Shown piece after piece: positions 14,263 to 27,223 of a stretch of DNA of 64,000 bases. Source of the DNA: Octopus sinensis (lineage: Eukaryota). Location: positions 153,636,001 through 153,700,000 of the forward strand of contig NC_043000.1 in NCBI RefSeq assembly GCF_006345805.1. Reading direction: 5' to 3'. Each line of letters opens with the position of its first letter. Position 1 is the first letter of the stretch. The notes beneath the pieces were generated by a model. The model had not been told where the DNA came from. It did no database searches and worked only from the letters and a program-made list of their open reading frames with translations. Position numbers and translations under genes: made by a program.

Positions 14263-15180
14263 TGTATATAAAAGAAAAGCAACAACAACAACATATATGA
14301 CAACAATAATGAAAACGATGGTATGTACAATTCAGTTTATCCTGCAAAATACAAAATATTCAATATCAGTAACAAAGTTGAGAAAAGAGAACTTATTTTC
14401 CAAAAATATGGGCGTTTTTCATACACTTGTCCGATAGTCGGTGTCCGTTCATAATAATCCATTAGGCATTTAAAATAAATCATTGGGATACTTTAAACAT
14501 AGTCTCGCATGTTACCCTTAGGAGCCAAGAAAACTTTCCAATCCCCTTTTCTATAAGTATACAATCATGTGGTACACATTTACGCCGATATATATGTCTT
14601 TTTTTTTTCTTTTTTTTTTCAATCACTGAGACTAGAAGGTCATAAAGTGTAGTTTAATTGGTTATCGGTTACCATGTAGATTAAACCAGATGCAGCCTTC
14701 GGTGTTTTCTAACAAAAATATGAAATCAAAATATTTATTTTCGGAAATGCGAGTTTTAGCAGCTCATATGTTCTTCAAAAATATTGGTTAATATACATTC
14801 CTGCTTGTTTCATGTATCTCCTGACACTAAAACATTCTGCTTCTTAAACACATTTGAAACGTGGTCGTCCTGAACGATGATAAATGGAAAATTTCATAGA
14901 CTAAGATTTTCATTCATCCGTTGATGAAAAGAATGCATCCAATATTTTAAATGCACCGGTCTTCGGTTTAATTTATTTTGTATTATCCAAACGTCTAACA
15001 CATTTGGGGGAACTATTTACATTTCTATCCTTGGGAAATTTAGTTCTAAACTCAAAGTCTATGATCGTGAATATGTCTTTCACTAAGAGTAGATAGGATT
15101 AGTATGAGGTCCATAGGCGAAAAATCGTATAAGTGACGTAAAAAGATTGGAATGGATGGATATAAGTGCAAATCGTATAT

Positions 15181-15346
15181 AGGCGCAGGAGTGGCTGTGT
15201 GGTAAGTAGCTGGTTTACCAACCACATTGTTCCGGGTTCAGTCCCACTGCGTGGCATCTTGGGCAAGTGTCTTCTGCTATAGCCCCGGGCCGACCAATGC
15301 TCTGTGAGTGGATTTGGTAGACGGAAACTGAAAGAAGCCTGTCGTA

Positions 15347-15387
<41 letters not shown>

Positions 15388-15612
15388 GTGTGTGTTTGTG
15401 TGTGTGTGCTTGTGTGTCTGTGTTTGTCCCCCTAGCATTGCTTGACAACCGATGCTGGTGTGTTTACGTCCCCGTCACTTAGCAGTTCGGCAAAAGAGAG
15501 CGATAGAATAAGTACTGAGCTTACAAAAGAATAAGTCCCGGTGTCGATTTGCTCGACTAAAGGTGGTGCTCCAGCATGGCCGCAGTCAAATGACTGAAAC
15601 AAGTAAAAAAGA
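15181..15612 (+). mobile_element. SINE-A, full length
   Basis: Matches the SINE-A consensus from AGGCGCAGGAGTGGCTG to the tail. Confidence 0.92.
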
Positions 15613-15906
15613 GAAAAAAAGAGAGAGAAAGAGAGAGAGTTAGTTATGAGGCCATTGTATTTACAAAATATAGTCACAGTAGAGATAGCTTATATGTGGA
15701 TCAGAGATTATGTGCTGGTGAATTGTTCTCATTCAGCTTTATGTCGTAGATTTAAATGAGGTTTATGATATTTATGCGCCATGCAGCCGCAGCATTGTGA
15801 GAACTATTATTTTCTGAATCATAATACGACACAGACTACACAATATCATAATCAACAAATTAATTGGATGACACGCAAATTCGTTAAGCGTTCCATATTT
15901 TTTCTA

Positions 15907-16068
15907 AGGCGCAGGAGTGGCTGTGTGGTAAGTAGCTGGTTTACCAGCCACATGGTTCCGGGTTCAGTCCCACTGCGTGACACCTTAGGCAAGTGTCTTC
16001 TACTATAGCCTCGGGCGCGACCAAAGCCTTGTGAGTGGATTTGCTAGACGGAAAGAAGCCCGTCGTAT

Positions 16069-16146
<78 letters not shown>

Positions 16147-16345
16147 TGTGTTTGTCCCCCCAACATCGCTTGACAACCAATGCTGGTGTGTTTATGTCCC
16201 CGTCACTTAGCGGTCCGGCAAAAGAGACCGATAGAATAAGTACTGGGCTTACAAAGAATAAGTCCCGGGGTCGAGTTGCTCGATTAAAGGCGGTGCACTA
16301 GCATGGCCGCAGTCAAAATGACTGAAACAAATAAAAGAAAAAAAA
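15907..16345 (+). mobile_element. SINE-A, full length
   Basis: Matches the SINE-A consensus. Confidence 0.92.
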
Positions 16346-16799
16346 GATCTAATGCTAAATTTAGGCAATTAAGATATTATTCATAAATTATTACTAATAT
16401 TCAAATGCACATGCATTTATTCCCATGAATCCTTACCACATCTTTTTCACTGAAATCGTTAATGGTTCTTGAGAATTATAAGAAATGAAGTCTATTTTTA
16501 GGAGAACTGATTCAATTAATTTTTTTTTATGGAAAACTGCCATAGATATAAATTTTAAAATGCGCTTGTGGGTATGTGTGTGTAGAGGAGCGTGGTACGG
16601 TGATGAGGGCATTGCACTTATAATCGTACGTTTGAGGTTTCGATTCTTGGACCAGGATATGCGTTGCGATCTTATTTCCAGATCATTCCAGCTGGCAAAA
16701 TGTGTATTCATGTAACGGACCGTCATCCCGTGACACAATAATCCGCGGCATTATGAAACTATGGCTTCGGAAGGTCCTTTTACCCTTTCGATATGTGCG

Positions 16800-18870
16800 T
16801 ATTTATAGGCATATGTACACAAGTGTGCACCCACGATTTTGTTTCCTCATAACTTTCAGAAAAATGGATATTTTTAAATGAAACTTTCTATAAGTATGCT
16901 TCAGTTAATTTGGACTCCAAGTATATCAGGATTTATTGCGAATAGTTTTTCTGGGGATAGGGAGCAGAGTTTCAGAAAATTCACACGAGTCGACTTTGTT
17001 TCCTCATTACTTTCACAAAAATGGGTATTTTTTATGAAACTTTCTACAGATACCTTTTCAAAATGTGAACATTATGATTATATTGAAATTCAATGTGAAA
17101 CAACTTGACGGGCACGCACGTACATATTTTCAAACATAATTGTTTCAATATTTGAAGTTTTATTCAAGTTAACACCCCTAGACCACGAGCGGAGGCGGTA
17201 TGCTCAGGCAAGGAGTACAGCAGATGCCCAGTTGGGGGCCAGTGCGAAACCAAGAGAGTCTTTTACGCAGCTGATGTAGTATCTGATCCTAATAGCAGCA
17301 GCAACTTTCCCCGAAACTACTACAATAGCAGGAATGGCAGAATTAACGGCAATGGCAGCAGCAGCAGCAGCCGTTCAAGAATTTGGACCTGGAGATCTCC
17401 ATTTCCAGCGACTTCGAGGGCCACCTCCCAGTGGTGTTGGACGTCAACGAAGAGCCCTCGACTACAATAAGACGACCAAAGTTTTTTTTTCCCAAGGTCT
17501 GGGGTCTCCCGCCCCTAAGCCCTAGACCATCACCTAATCACCCTTACCCGTCTTGTTGCTTAACAACAACAACAACAACAACAGCAGCAGCAGCAGCACA
17601 AATAATAGTGTTAATGCTGATAACAATAATAACAGCGACGACAACAGCAGCCACCACCAATGTAGCACCGATAACAGCTCCAACAGCAACGACGATGGTT
17701 GTAGCAGCACCAACACCGCAAACACCTTTCACCGCCACTGATGATGTCCCCTACGTCAGCATTAACGATGCAACACTAGCCCCAACACCAACATCAACAA
17801 CACTAGCACCAGCGGAAGAAGCAGCGTCAACATCAACAGAAGCAGCATCGCCAGCAGCAGTATACGAAGATACATCAGATGTTCCGGAAGTACCTTCAAG
17901 CAGCGCCTCGCCAAACACAGATATTCGTTCAGGATCTAGAAGAGGCGGCATTCCACGTCCTTGGGCGGCCATGTCTGGTTCCTGAAGGAAAAAGGGACTC
18001 CATACGTAATATCATGGAAGATCCCGGAAAAACCGGGCACCTACATCAACAGAAGCAAGTGTTGCAAACTGTGCATAGCTGAACGGGTGAGAATATTAAA
18101 GAGCTCGTCGACCCAGGAACATCTTAAATTCTAGGACGAAGGTCTTCGGACCCACAAGCCGATCACGTCGTTTACGGATAGCGGTCTAAGGGAGACAATC
18201 CCTTGCGCTTAACTTTTCTGTTTTCTCCGTGTTTCTCGGTGCTACGAGGTCTTTTCTTCCTTCTGTTTGATGAGAGGTTATAGGCCACCACCCATGAGGG
18301 TCTGAAAAAACGCCGTAATGCTAAGTGCTTTATAAATGGGAAATGCAGGGTAACCCCATAGACAGGCCATAACTATTTTTATCTAATTATTTACAGCTCG
18401 ATAACATTGTGTTCTCTTTCGGATTTATGACTTACTGATGATATATACATAGATATATGCAGCAACCGCATTGCTCCACCGCTCGTGGTCTAGGGGTGTT
18501 AACTTGAATAAAACTTCAAATAATGAAACAATTATGTTTGAAAATATGTACGAGCGAGCTCGTCAATTTTTTCACATTGAATTTCAATATAATCATAATG
18601 TTCACATTTTGAAAAGGTATCTGTAGAAAGTTTCATAAAAAATACCCATTTTTGTGAAAGTAATGAGGAAACAAAGTCGATTCGTGTGAATTTTCTGAAA
18701 CTCTGCTCCCTATCCCCAGAAAAACTATTCGCAATAAATCCTGATATACTTGGAGTCCAAATTAACAGAAGCATACTTATAGAAAGCTTCATTTAAAAAT
18801 ATCCATTTTTCTGAAAGTTATGAGGAAACAAAATCGTGGGTGCACACTTGTGTACATATGCCTATAAATA
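16800..18870. mobile_element. Long-TIR/foldback element, about 395-bp inverted arms (16800-17195 and 18476-18870)
   Basis: The arms are clear reverse complements with few differences; each arm has an internal subrepeat of about 157-bp period. Confidence 0.85.
17198..18142 (+). pseudogene. Penelope-like GIY-YIG endonuclease remnant split by a low-complexity insertion
   Basis: VCSGKEYSRCPVGGQCETKRVFYAADV from 17198, and RYIRCSGSTFKQRLAKHRYSF..STSLGGHVWFLKEKGTPYVISWKI..Y..SKCCKLCIAERVRIL from 17868: matches the PLE pattern CPLxGxC..VVY / YIG..FKxR..H / W..C.LC.xE. Confidence 0.8.
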
Positions 18871-19837
18871 TTTCTGGATCATAAAATGGCAGATATTACA
18901 TAACATTACATTCAAGAAATAAATTGCTTGTCTAATGCTAAAGTTAGGCAATTAAAATATTATTTATAAATTGTTTTACTAATATTCAGATAAACATGCA
19001 TTTTCCCCGCGAAGGCGTGATACTGTTAGTGGCTCCTGATTTAGGCGCAAGGTCAGGAATTTTGAGCAGAGAGAAAAAGGTCGACATCCTTGATTCCAGT
19101 ACTGGACTGGATTTTTATTTCATCCAATCGAGAGGGGTGAAATACGAAGCTGATTTCGGCAAGATTTGAAATCAGCGTTAAGAACAGGAGCCAATTCCGC
19201 AAAGTAATTTTCTAACACTCTCAAAACTTTGAGGATATATATATTAATATATATATGTGTGCGTGTGCATGTGTGTGCTTGTGTGTGTGTGTATTTATCT
19301 ATCCATACATACATACATACACACACACATATATGTATATGTATATACATAAATACATTATATATACATGTATATAGATGTATTTATGAATGTGTGTGTG
19401 TGTTATATATGTTTGTGTGTGTATTCGCCCAATATGCCGGGAAGATTCCCTAATATACATATAAATTATTTACTTAACATTGATATACACAAGATACATT
19501 TTTTCGTATATTTATTTCTGATAGGCTTTGGTTACAAATGCTGCTAATTTCAATTAGTTGCCTTGCGCCCCCAATTAAAAAAATGCTTATATTAGACAAA
19601 TTAAGACGTGTCAGGTAAGAATCGTGTCTCTAATACTGGAACACACGCACAAAATCCATCCATCTATTCATAAACATTTATATATGTATACACACACACA
19701 TATGTATATAGTTATATAATTTTTATAAACATATAAACTGCACAGAAGTGCTCAAGTCGAACCTGAGACGTTAGACAAGTATAATAAATGAAATGGAACG
19801 AGTTCAAGTCAAACAAAATACAATGAATACATATGCG

Positions 19838-19862
<25 letters not shown>

Positions 19863-19872
<10 letters not shown>

Positions 19873-19982
19873 ATCACGTGACCGACCAGGACATCAGATG
19901 TTGCTATACATCGCTGGTCACAATGCGCTTCGCATTGTCTTAGCCATCAATGACGCCACCTCGCTGGCTAAGCGAGCAGGCC
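19863..19982. repeat. Short interspersed element embedded in (TA)n, starting with the palindrome TCACGTGATCACGTGA
   Basis: GC-richer 120-bp island with TA repeats on both sides; class not determined. Confidence 0.4.
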
Positions 19983-20224
19983 AATATATATATAGTTCAA
20001 ATTTATAGAAAAAAAAAGACGCTGACAGGTGTATTATTATTGTAACGCTCGGGAAGCATACATGTATATGTATTTGTGTGTGTGTGTGTGTGTATGCTTG
20101 AGTGTCGGTGTGTGTGCAAGAAACAGCTAATTATTCAGTCAGTTTCAACCTAAAGGGACACTTATGGGCACTTAGCCTAGTCGATTATCAATGTATATAT
20201 ATATATCGCCATGTTGATTCGTTA

Positions 20225-20430
20225 GCTACTGCACGCATTTTTTTCTCTCCTTCTTTCTGTGTTTTCTCTCTCTGTGTATCTTTCTGTTGAAGAGCGTAGG
20301 CTCGAAACGTTAAAGACTTGTTTTATTTATATTTCCTGAGCGCCATACTAATACAATTGTTCGTTTGTTTCCACCTGCCTTCGTCTTTTGTTTATTTTCA
20401 TAAAGCTTCCCGTTATATATATATATATAT
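20225..20430 (+). mobile_element. PLE-pLTR-like repeat with hammerhead variant
   Basis: Homologous to 24455-24593 plus 24928-24990; contains CTGTTGAAGAGCGTAGGCTCGAAACGT. Confidence 0.65.
20279..20316 (+). ncRNA. Minimal hammerhead-like motif, A6U core variant
   Basis: UCUUU CUGUUGA A GAGC GUAG GCUC GAA ACGU U AAAGA. Confidence 0.55.
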
Positions 20431-20569
20431 ACTATATCTCTTTTATGTATTACACTCATTAGAATTCGGACATGATGGAGCATAGACTTGATAGCTTTAT
20501 TCAAAGAAATCAACCTTATCACCTTTTTTTCTCAAAGAAATCTTCAGCAATTCTTTAAAAGATTCAGGA

Positions 20570-21150
20570 ACGGGGAGTTGAACAATGCATGCAAACGAGG
20601 GATCGCGATATCTACCGCGCACACCGAATATCCCGTGTGTCCTCTTGAGTGACGTAGCAAGAGAACTGATGGTGTTTCCATACCTTAGCAGTTACATCAG
20701 CAATTCAACCGTCTATTTATGTCTTGGTTTGCAGTGGACATGGGATATGATGATCGCTTCACCAGACAAGTATCCAAAGTGACATAATGAGTTAACCTGA
20801 ATGGCGTAATAAGAAGTATATTGTGATACAAACAGGGTCATATTCATGCATCATTGCACTCTGAAGTACACGTCAGAGACGTTGCTAAATATCGCCTTAT
20901 TGCCTGAAATCTGATCACTGCTCTTTGGGATACCCACGCACAGTCCGGTGTACTAACAGTCTTCGTATGTGTAAGGCAGCAAGACTTAAAACAGATTCAT
21001 CAAGAATTTAATGCACATTAAATACACACAATCTGGTTTATCTGGCTTGTCAATGCCGTTGCCAAGAGTAGGATGCATTGCTATTTGTTGGCAGTTCATG
21101 GAGTTACAAGAATGAGTTGGGGTCCAAGTGAATTTCAGCGATTGTACCTT
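20570..21150 (+). pseudogene. Old RTE-type RT C-terminal remnant
   Basis: Fragments ELMVFPYLSSYIS, LLFG and W.VHGVTRM in the expected order, with many stops and frameshifts. Confidence 0.5.
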
Positions 21151-21207
21151 CCTGGCACCCCATCACAACCCATATATACATACATAAATATACATATATA
21201 TATATAT

Positions 21208-21257
<50 letters not shown>

Positions 21258-21273
21258 TAATTATATATATATT

Positions 21274-21387
<114 letters not shown>

Positions 21388-21967
21388 TTAGGGAGTAAAT
21401 CCAAACTTACAGGGAAAATTAGAATTAGGATTAAATCTAATTTTATAGTATAAATATTATATTTATTTATATTAAATTAGAGATAAAACCACTATTAGGC
21501 AAATCAAACAGTGAAAATCATAAACCAATACATAGAAATAAAATTAATCAATAACAATATATAAAATATAAAATTCAAAATTTAAATTATTTAAATTAAT
21601 AATTTATACTTATAAATTTATATATATATATATATATATATATTATTTTTTTAAAAATATATATAACTATCAAAAAAGTATTGAAAGTTTAATATAAGAT
21701 AAAGAGTAAAACCACTACGATCGTTTCATGCCCATAAGCCAATTCGAATAACAATAATTTAAATTCAATTAATAATTCGAATTATGGTTATAGTCAATCT
21801 TCAGGTTAATTATAATATTTAAATAAATAATCAGAAATAAATAATCAGAAATATAAATAATCAGTATTAATTTTTAAGGTTAGAAACCCTCAAATAATCT
21901 AATATCAGTTATAGTCAATATCTAATTGCATACATATTTTACAAAAAAAAGGACTATTCATCTCTAA

Positions 21968-22037
<70 letters not shown>

Positions 22038-22139
22038 AGCTCACACACATATATACGTATATATATTTCAATAGGTGAATGAATTATCCTATGTTTATCG
22101 TCAGCATGGGTTCATTTGCAGAAATTTATGTGTTATATG

Positions 22140-22680
22140 TGAATAAATGAAAGAATGGAGTCGAACGAAGATGTTAACAAAATTCCTTTACTCTCGACAT
22201 ATATTTCGAAGGCCACATGGTTTCATTCCAAAGGAATAAAGGGTGTATGATGCAATCTTCTCATCAGGAAAAAAGGGAGCCTCTCTCGGCAACAAGACAA
22301 ACAAAAATTTCGATGACTGCCTACATGGTAAATAAAACGACAATAAGTGATTTTTTAAAAAAACCGTTAGAAGAATTGACGTCAAAGTTAGATAGTAGGA
22401 AGAGAAGGGTTAAAGGAATGATAGGTAGGGAACCAGTGGAAAGGGAAGGGTATGTTGATTAAGAATGTTCAAAGGCTTAGGAAAGAATTTCACTATTGAA
22501 GTGGAGTGTATGTTAAGCTAATTGTTCAAAGCACGATGGCTATCATAATCATTTGTAAGAGTAAAAAGTTTGTTTCTGCCAGTGCTTACATTTATAGGAT
22601 TTCTCTATGAGTGTGTTTACAAGGGGAACCTTAGAGAAGAGGATATGGAAGAGCTCAGAGTTGCAAATGTTACAACATTT
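22140..22680 (-). pseudogene. Possible Penelope-like RT remnant
   Basis: Minus strand FHILFSKVPLVNTLIE resembles the PLE RT motif FDIxSLFTNVP; the rest is degraded. Confidence 0.3.
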
Positions 22681-22696
22681 ATTCGTATATATATAT

Positions 22697-23100
22697 ACTC
22701 TCTCTTTCTCTTTTACTCTCTTTTACTTGTTTCAGTCATTTGACTGCGGCCATGCTGGTGCACCGCCTTTAATCGAGCAACTCGACCCCGGGACTTATTC
22801 TTTGTAAGCCCAGTACTTATTCTATCGGTCTCTTTTTGCCGGACCGCTAAGTAACGGGGACATAAACACACCAGCATCGGTTGTCAAGCAATGCTAGGAG
22901 GACAAACACAGGCACACAAACACACACATATATATACATATATACGACGGGCTTCTTTCAGTTTCCGCCTACCAAATCCACTCACAAGGCTTTGGTCGGC
23001 CCGAGGCTATAGTAGAAGACACTTGCCCAAGGTGCCACGCAGTGGGACTGAACCCGGAACCATGTGGTTGGTAAACAAGCTACTTACCACACAGCCACTC
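22697..23100 (-). mobile_element. SINE-A
   Basis: Reverse complement of the SINE-A consensus. Confidence 0.9.
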
Positions 23101-23565
23101 TGTATAAGTTATATACGTCGGTAGATGTATATGTGTGAATGTATGTGCGTGTGTGTGTGTATGTGTTTGTGTGTTTGCACAGGACCCAAGCAGTCTTGCA
23201 TGCTCTCCTGCCAGCTGCTGCTGGGTTGGCATAAGAAACGGTGAGATAGAATACTTGGCCACTTGTTTAAGGACAACCAGATTTCTAAATTAATGAATGT
23301 GAAGGATGAAGGAATTATTTAAAGAATAGTTACACTATTTTCAAGATTAGTTTGAGGAGAGTAATGATTTAATTCTTAGCAGATGGTGACTTACATTAGC
23401 AAACACTGGAATATAATATACTTCATGAAGTAAACTTAACGTAATGAATACATCTTCTGGATATATGAATTAAATATAATTAGATATTTGCATGTATATT
23501 TTGGGATTATACTTAGATCTATTTACACATAAATACACACACATTGCCACACACCACACACGCTC

Positions 23566-23649
<84 letters not shown>

Positions 23650-23800
23650 GTATATGTATATATATATACATGTGTGTGTGTGTGTGTGTGTGCGCGCGCG
23701 CGCGCGTGTGTGTATGAATATTTGAATGTATGTAGCGTCTATGTCAGTTTAAATGTTATAAAACGTGGGAAATATAAATAAGGTATGCACATATACACGC

Positions 23801-23867
<67 letters not shown>

Positions 23868-24079
23868 TTTGTGTGTATGTATATCTATCTCTATTTTCCT
23901 ATTTATCTATTCTCTCTCTTTCTCTCTTCCTATATATAAATATTATTTATACGCACGCACATACACACATACACACACATATATATAGATACACATACAC
24001 ATAAACATATATTCACCTACATCCACGCCAAAGTATTACATATGTGTATATATATGTATATATATATATATATATATAT

Positions 24080-24165
24080 TTACGTTATATAATTAGGGTT
24101 CAGTAAAATAATTTACTTTACCACACACTGAAATTATTTTACTGAACCCTAATTATATAACGTAA
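24080..24165. repeat. Perfect 35-bp inverted repeat with a 16-nt spacer (probable collapsed MITE)
   Basis: TTACGTTATATAATTAGGGTTCAGTAAAATAATTT at 24080-24114 and its exact reverse complement at 24131-24165. Confidence 0.9.
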
Positions 24166-24519
24166 TGTTTTAAATATACCTCAAATGGTCCTCTTACATA
24201 CTGAGCACTACTTGGTAAAATTAATTAATAATTAATTAATTTTACCCTTTTATTATTGATATATATATATTCCATGTATATATGTGTGTGTGCGTATATG
24301 CATGTATACGTATATGTATGTATGTCCCAAGACCTCTGTTTCTGTTTTACTACAGTACTTTTCATGTGGGTGAAATTTGATAAATTAAAGGTTTTATAAA
24401 TCCTCGCCAGGGTTGCGTTTCGCGGCAAAATATTGCTACATAGTAGAACATGTTGATTCGCTAGCTTCTGCATGCATTTTTTTCTCTCCTTGTTTCTCTC
24501 CGTGTTTCTTTTCTGTGTA

Positions 24520-24557
24520 TCTTTCTGTTGAAGAGCGTAGGCTCGAAACGTAAAAGA
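24520..24557 (+). ncRNA. Minimal hammerhead-like motif, A6U core variant, GUA triplet
   Basis: UCUUU CUGUUGA A GAGC GUAG GCUC GAA ACGU A AAAGA. Confidence 0.6.
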
Positions 24558-24596
24558 CTTGTTTTATTTATATTCCTGAGCGCCATACTAATATTC

Positions 24597-24927
24597 TCTT
24601 CTCTTCTTTTCTTTTCCTTTTCTCCAGTTCTGCAAATATCTAAACTGTGTCATTAGAAATATACCAACCAACGAAAACATCTACCTTCTAGGAGACTTTA
24701 ACGCTCGCGTGGGTACTGACCATGACTCGTGGCCCATTTGTGTTGGACATTTTGGCATTGGCAATATGAATGACAATGGTCAGAGACTGCTTGAATTTTG
24801 CACATACCATAACCTGTACATCACCAACACATTGTGTGCCAACAAGCCATCCCACAAGGCATCTTGGAGACACCCAAGACCTCAACATTGGCATCAGCTG
24901 GATCTCGTCATCACTCGAAGATCCTTT
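24597..24927 (+). repeat. 331-bp near-identical copy of 25661-25991 (RTE endonuclease fragment) interrupting a PLE-like repeat
   Basis: The only difference I spotted is GGTACTGA versus GGATCTGA. Confidence 0.9.
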
Positions 24928-24994
24928 GTTTGTATTCCTTTGTTTGTATTCCACCTGCTTTCGTCTTTTGTTTATTTTCATAAAGCTTCCCGTT

Positions 24995-25260
24995 ATATAA
25001 TCACTGTATATGAATTTCTGAAGTTCTTAGGACAAATATTAAAAGGCTGTGGGCCTTTAACCCCTCAAATGTTGCAATATCTGGTCCTGACTGTTCATAA
25101 AAATATAGGACCTTTGGAACGGTACAGTGCTGTCCAACGAAGTTCGGTGCAAATCCTTCAAGTATTTTCCATAATTCCACAAAGCCCAAACGTTGAAGTT
25201 ATAGTGCCAACTGTGGTCGTAATCAATTCTTCATACTGTTATGGAAAATGTTCTCTGCAG
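24995..25260 (-). pseudogene. Diverged CR1-like ORF2 C-terminal remnant
   Basis: Minus strand QRTFS...WKILEGFAPNF..HC.VPK resembles the 13705 element. Confidence 0.6.
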
Positions 25261-25691
25261 AGTCAGCATATCTCCTGTCTTGAATATGTATGTATTTGTG
25301 TGCCGAAGACTTTCTCACCTTCCCGAGCGTCAAACTAACACACCTGCTTGTGGTTTATATACCAGTCTTCGTTTTTTGTTTTTCTGTAAATTTCAACAAT
25401 ATTCTGTGCGCTCACATGGTCGCATCAGTTTTATCCTGCTTTTTTAATCTTCTACACTTCGGACTTACTTCTTCCTGAAATTTCTGCACTTCTCCTCATC
25501 TACACACCAGCATTCTACCCGGATTACTACTGGATATGCATATGGAATTCACTTCCGTTGATAAAAAATCGTTCCAGTACACCACAACATTTAAACCATT
25601 TTGAACTTTCTGTTTTTTTCTTACTTTGTCTTTCTCTCTCTCCCTTTCTTTTCTTTTTCGTCTTCTCTTCTTTTCTTTTCCTTTTCTCCAG

Positions 25692-27223
25692 TTCTGCAAA
25701 TATCTAAACTGTGTCATTAGAAATATACCAACCAACGAAAACATCTACCTTCTAGGAGACTTTAACGCTCGCGTGGGATCTGACCATGACTCGTGGCCCA
25801 TTTGTGTTGGACATTTTGGCATTGGCAATATGAATGACAATGGTCAGAGACTGCTTGAATTTTGCACATACCATAACCTGTACATCACCAACACATTGTG
25901 TGCCAACAAGCCATCCCACAAGGCATCTTGGAGACACCCAAGACCTCAACATTGGCATCAGCTGGATCTCGTCATCACTCGAAGATCCTTTCTGAATTCT
26001 GTCCGACTCATAGTTACCACAGTGCGGATTGTGACATAGATCATTCACTAATAAGTAAGAGGGTGAGGATTCTGCCTAAAAAATCCATCACTACAAGAAA
26101 ATAGGCCGACCACGCATTAGCACTGCCAGAACCTCGGACCCTACACTGCGGAAACATTTTGCTGTTTATGTCAAAGATGCCCTCAGTAGCTGCCCATCCT
26201 CCTCTGCTGAAAGTAGGTGGGAATTATATCAAGGAAGCTTTGTATACCACATCAATAGATACTTTCAGCATGAGTAAAAGGCATAACCCAGATTTGTTCA
26301 GTGCTAGGCTCTCAGAGTTGGAACCATTTATCGAAGCAAAGCGCGCAGCTCTGATGCAATACAAGAGTGATTCTTCTACAAAAACACTAGACGAACTCAA
26401 AAAGGTAAGAAGTAAAACCCAACTGACTGCCAGACTCTGTGCAAATAGGTATTGGCAGGAAATCTATCAGAGTATCCAGTCAGCTACTGACAGTGGCGGC
26501 ACCGGTTTGAAGAAGGCCCTTGTCCATCCGCAACCAAGTCAGCCCCTCTGAAATCAACTACTGTAGATCTCATCTAAGACCAAAGCAAGCAAACGGATAG
26601 ATGGGTAGAGCACTACCAGGATCTCTACTCATGGGAGACTACAGTCGCTGAAGCTGCAATCGATGGTGTCAAGATCTTGCCAGCCAAGTGCGAACTTGCC
26701 AGTCTGCCGTCCGTAGCAGAGCTCACCAAGGCTATTGACGCCCTATCCAGTGGCAAGGCTCCGGGAAAAGACAGCATCCCCTCAGAGATCATCAAAGCCG
26801 GCAAAAACACCGCGCTGCTTCAGCACCTTCATGAGCTTCTGTATCACTGCCGGGAAGAGGGTACAGTCCCTCAGGATATGCGGGATGTTAACATCATTAC
26901 GCTTTACAAAAACAAAGGTCACCGTGGTGATTCCAACAATTACCGTGAAATATCTCTTCTCGGCACTCTTAGAAAGACCTTTGCCTGCATAATCCTGTCC
27001 GGGCTACAACTGCTGGCTTCTCGAATTTATTTAGAATCGCATTGTGGGTTTAGAAGGAGTAGATCAACTATTGACATGATATTCTCTACACGCCAACTTC
27101 AGGAGTAGTCCAGAGAACAGAAAATGCTATTCTAAATGCAAAGAGATATGAGATGGCTTGGACATGTTAGTCGTATGGAAGAAGGCAGAATCCCCAAGGA
27201 CATAATCTACGGAGAGCTTGCTA
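25692..27223 (+). mobile_element. RTE-clade LINE, disrupted copy (APE endonuclease, linker, RT start, internal deletion)
   Basis: IYLLGDFNARVG, HWHQLDLVI, SGKAPGKDSIPSEI, LYKNKG.R.DSNNYR.ISLL, E..CGFRRSRSTIDMIF; then jumps to MRWLGHVSRM..GRIPK...YGEL. Confidence 0.92.

Noticed and set aside
17383-17985. 200-aa Ala/Thr/Pro-rich ORF as a host mucin-like gene
   Set aside because: It lies inside a TIR element, is built from trinucleotide tracts, and its end overlaps the GIY-YIG remnant in another frame.
18430-18475. Hammerhead at CTGATGATATATAC
   Set aside because: No GAAA follows the putative stem II and there is no stem I.
22215-22270. Minus-strand CUGAUGA ... AUUCC/GGAAU GAAAC hammerhead
   Set aside because: There are about 24 unpaired nt between the core and the hairpin, N17 is G, and stem I is absent.
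23183-23240. 58-bp candidate host exon (TTTGCACAG acceptor, ACG|GTGAGA donor)
   Set aside because: The splice signals are plausible, but there is no recognisable peptide, no partner exon and no expression evidence.
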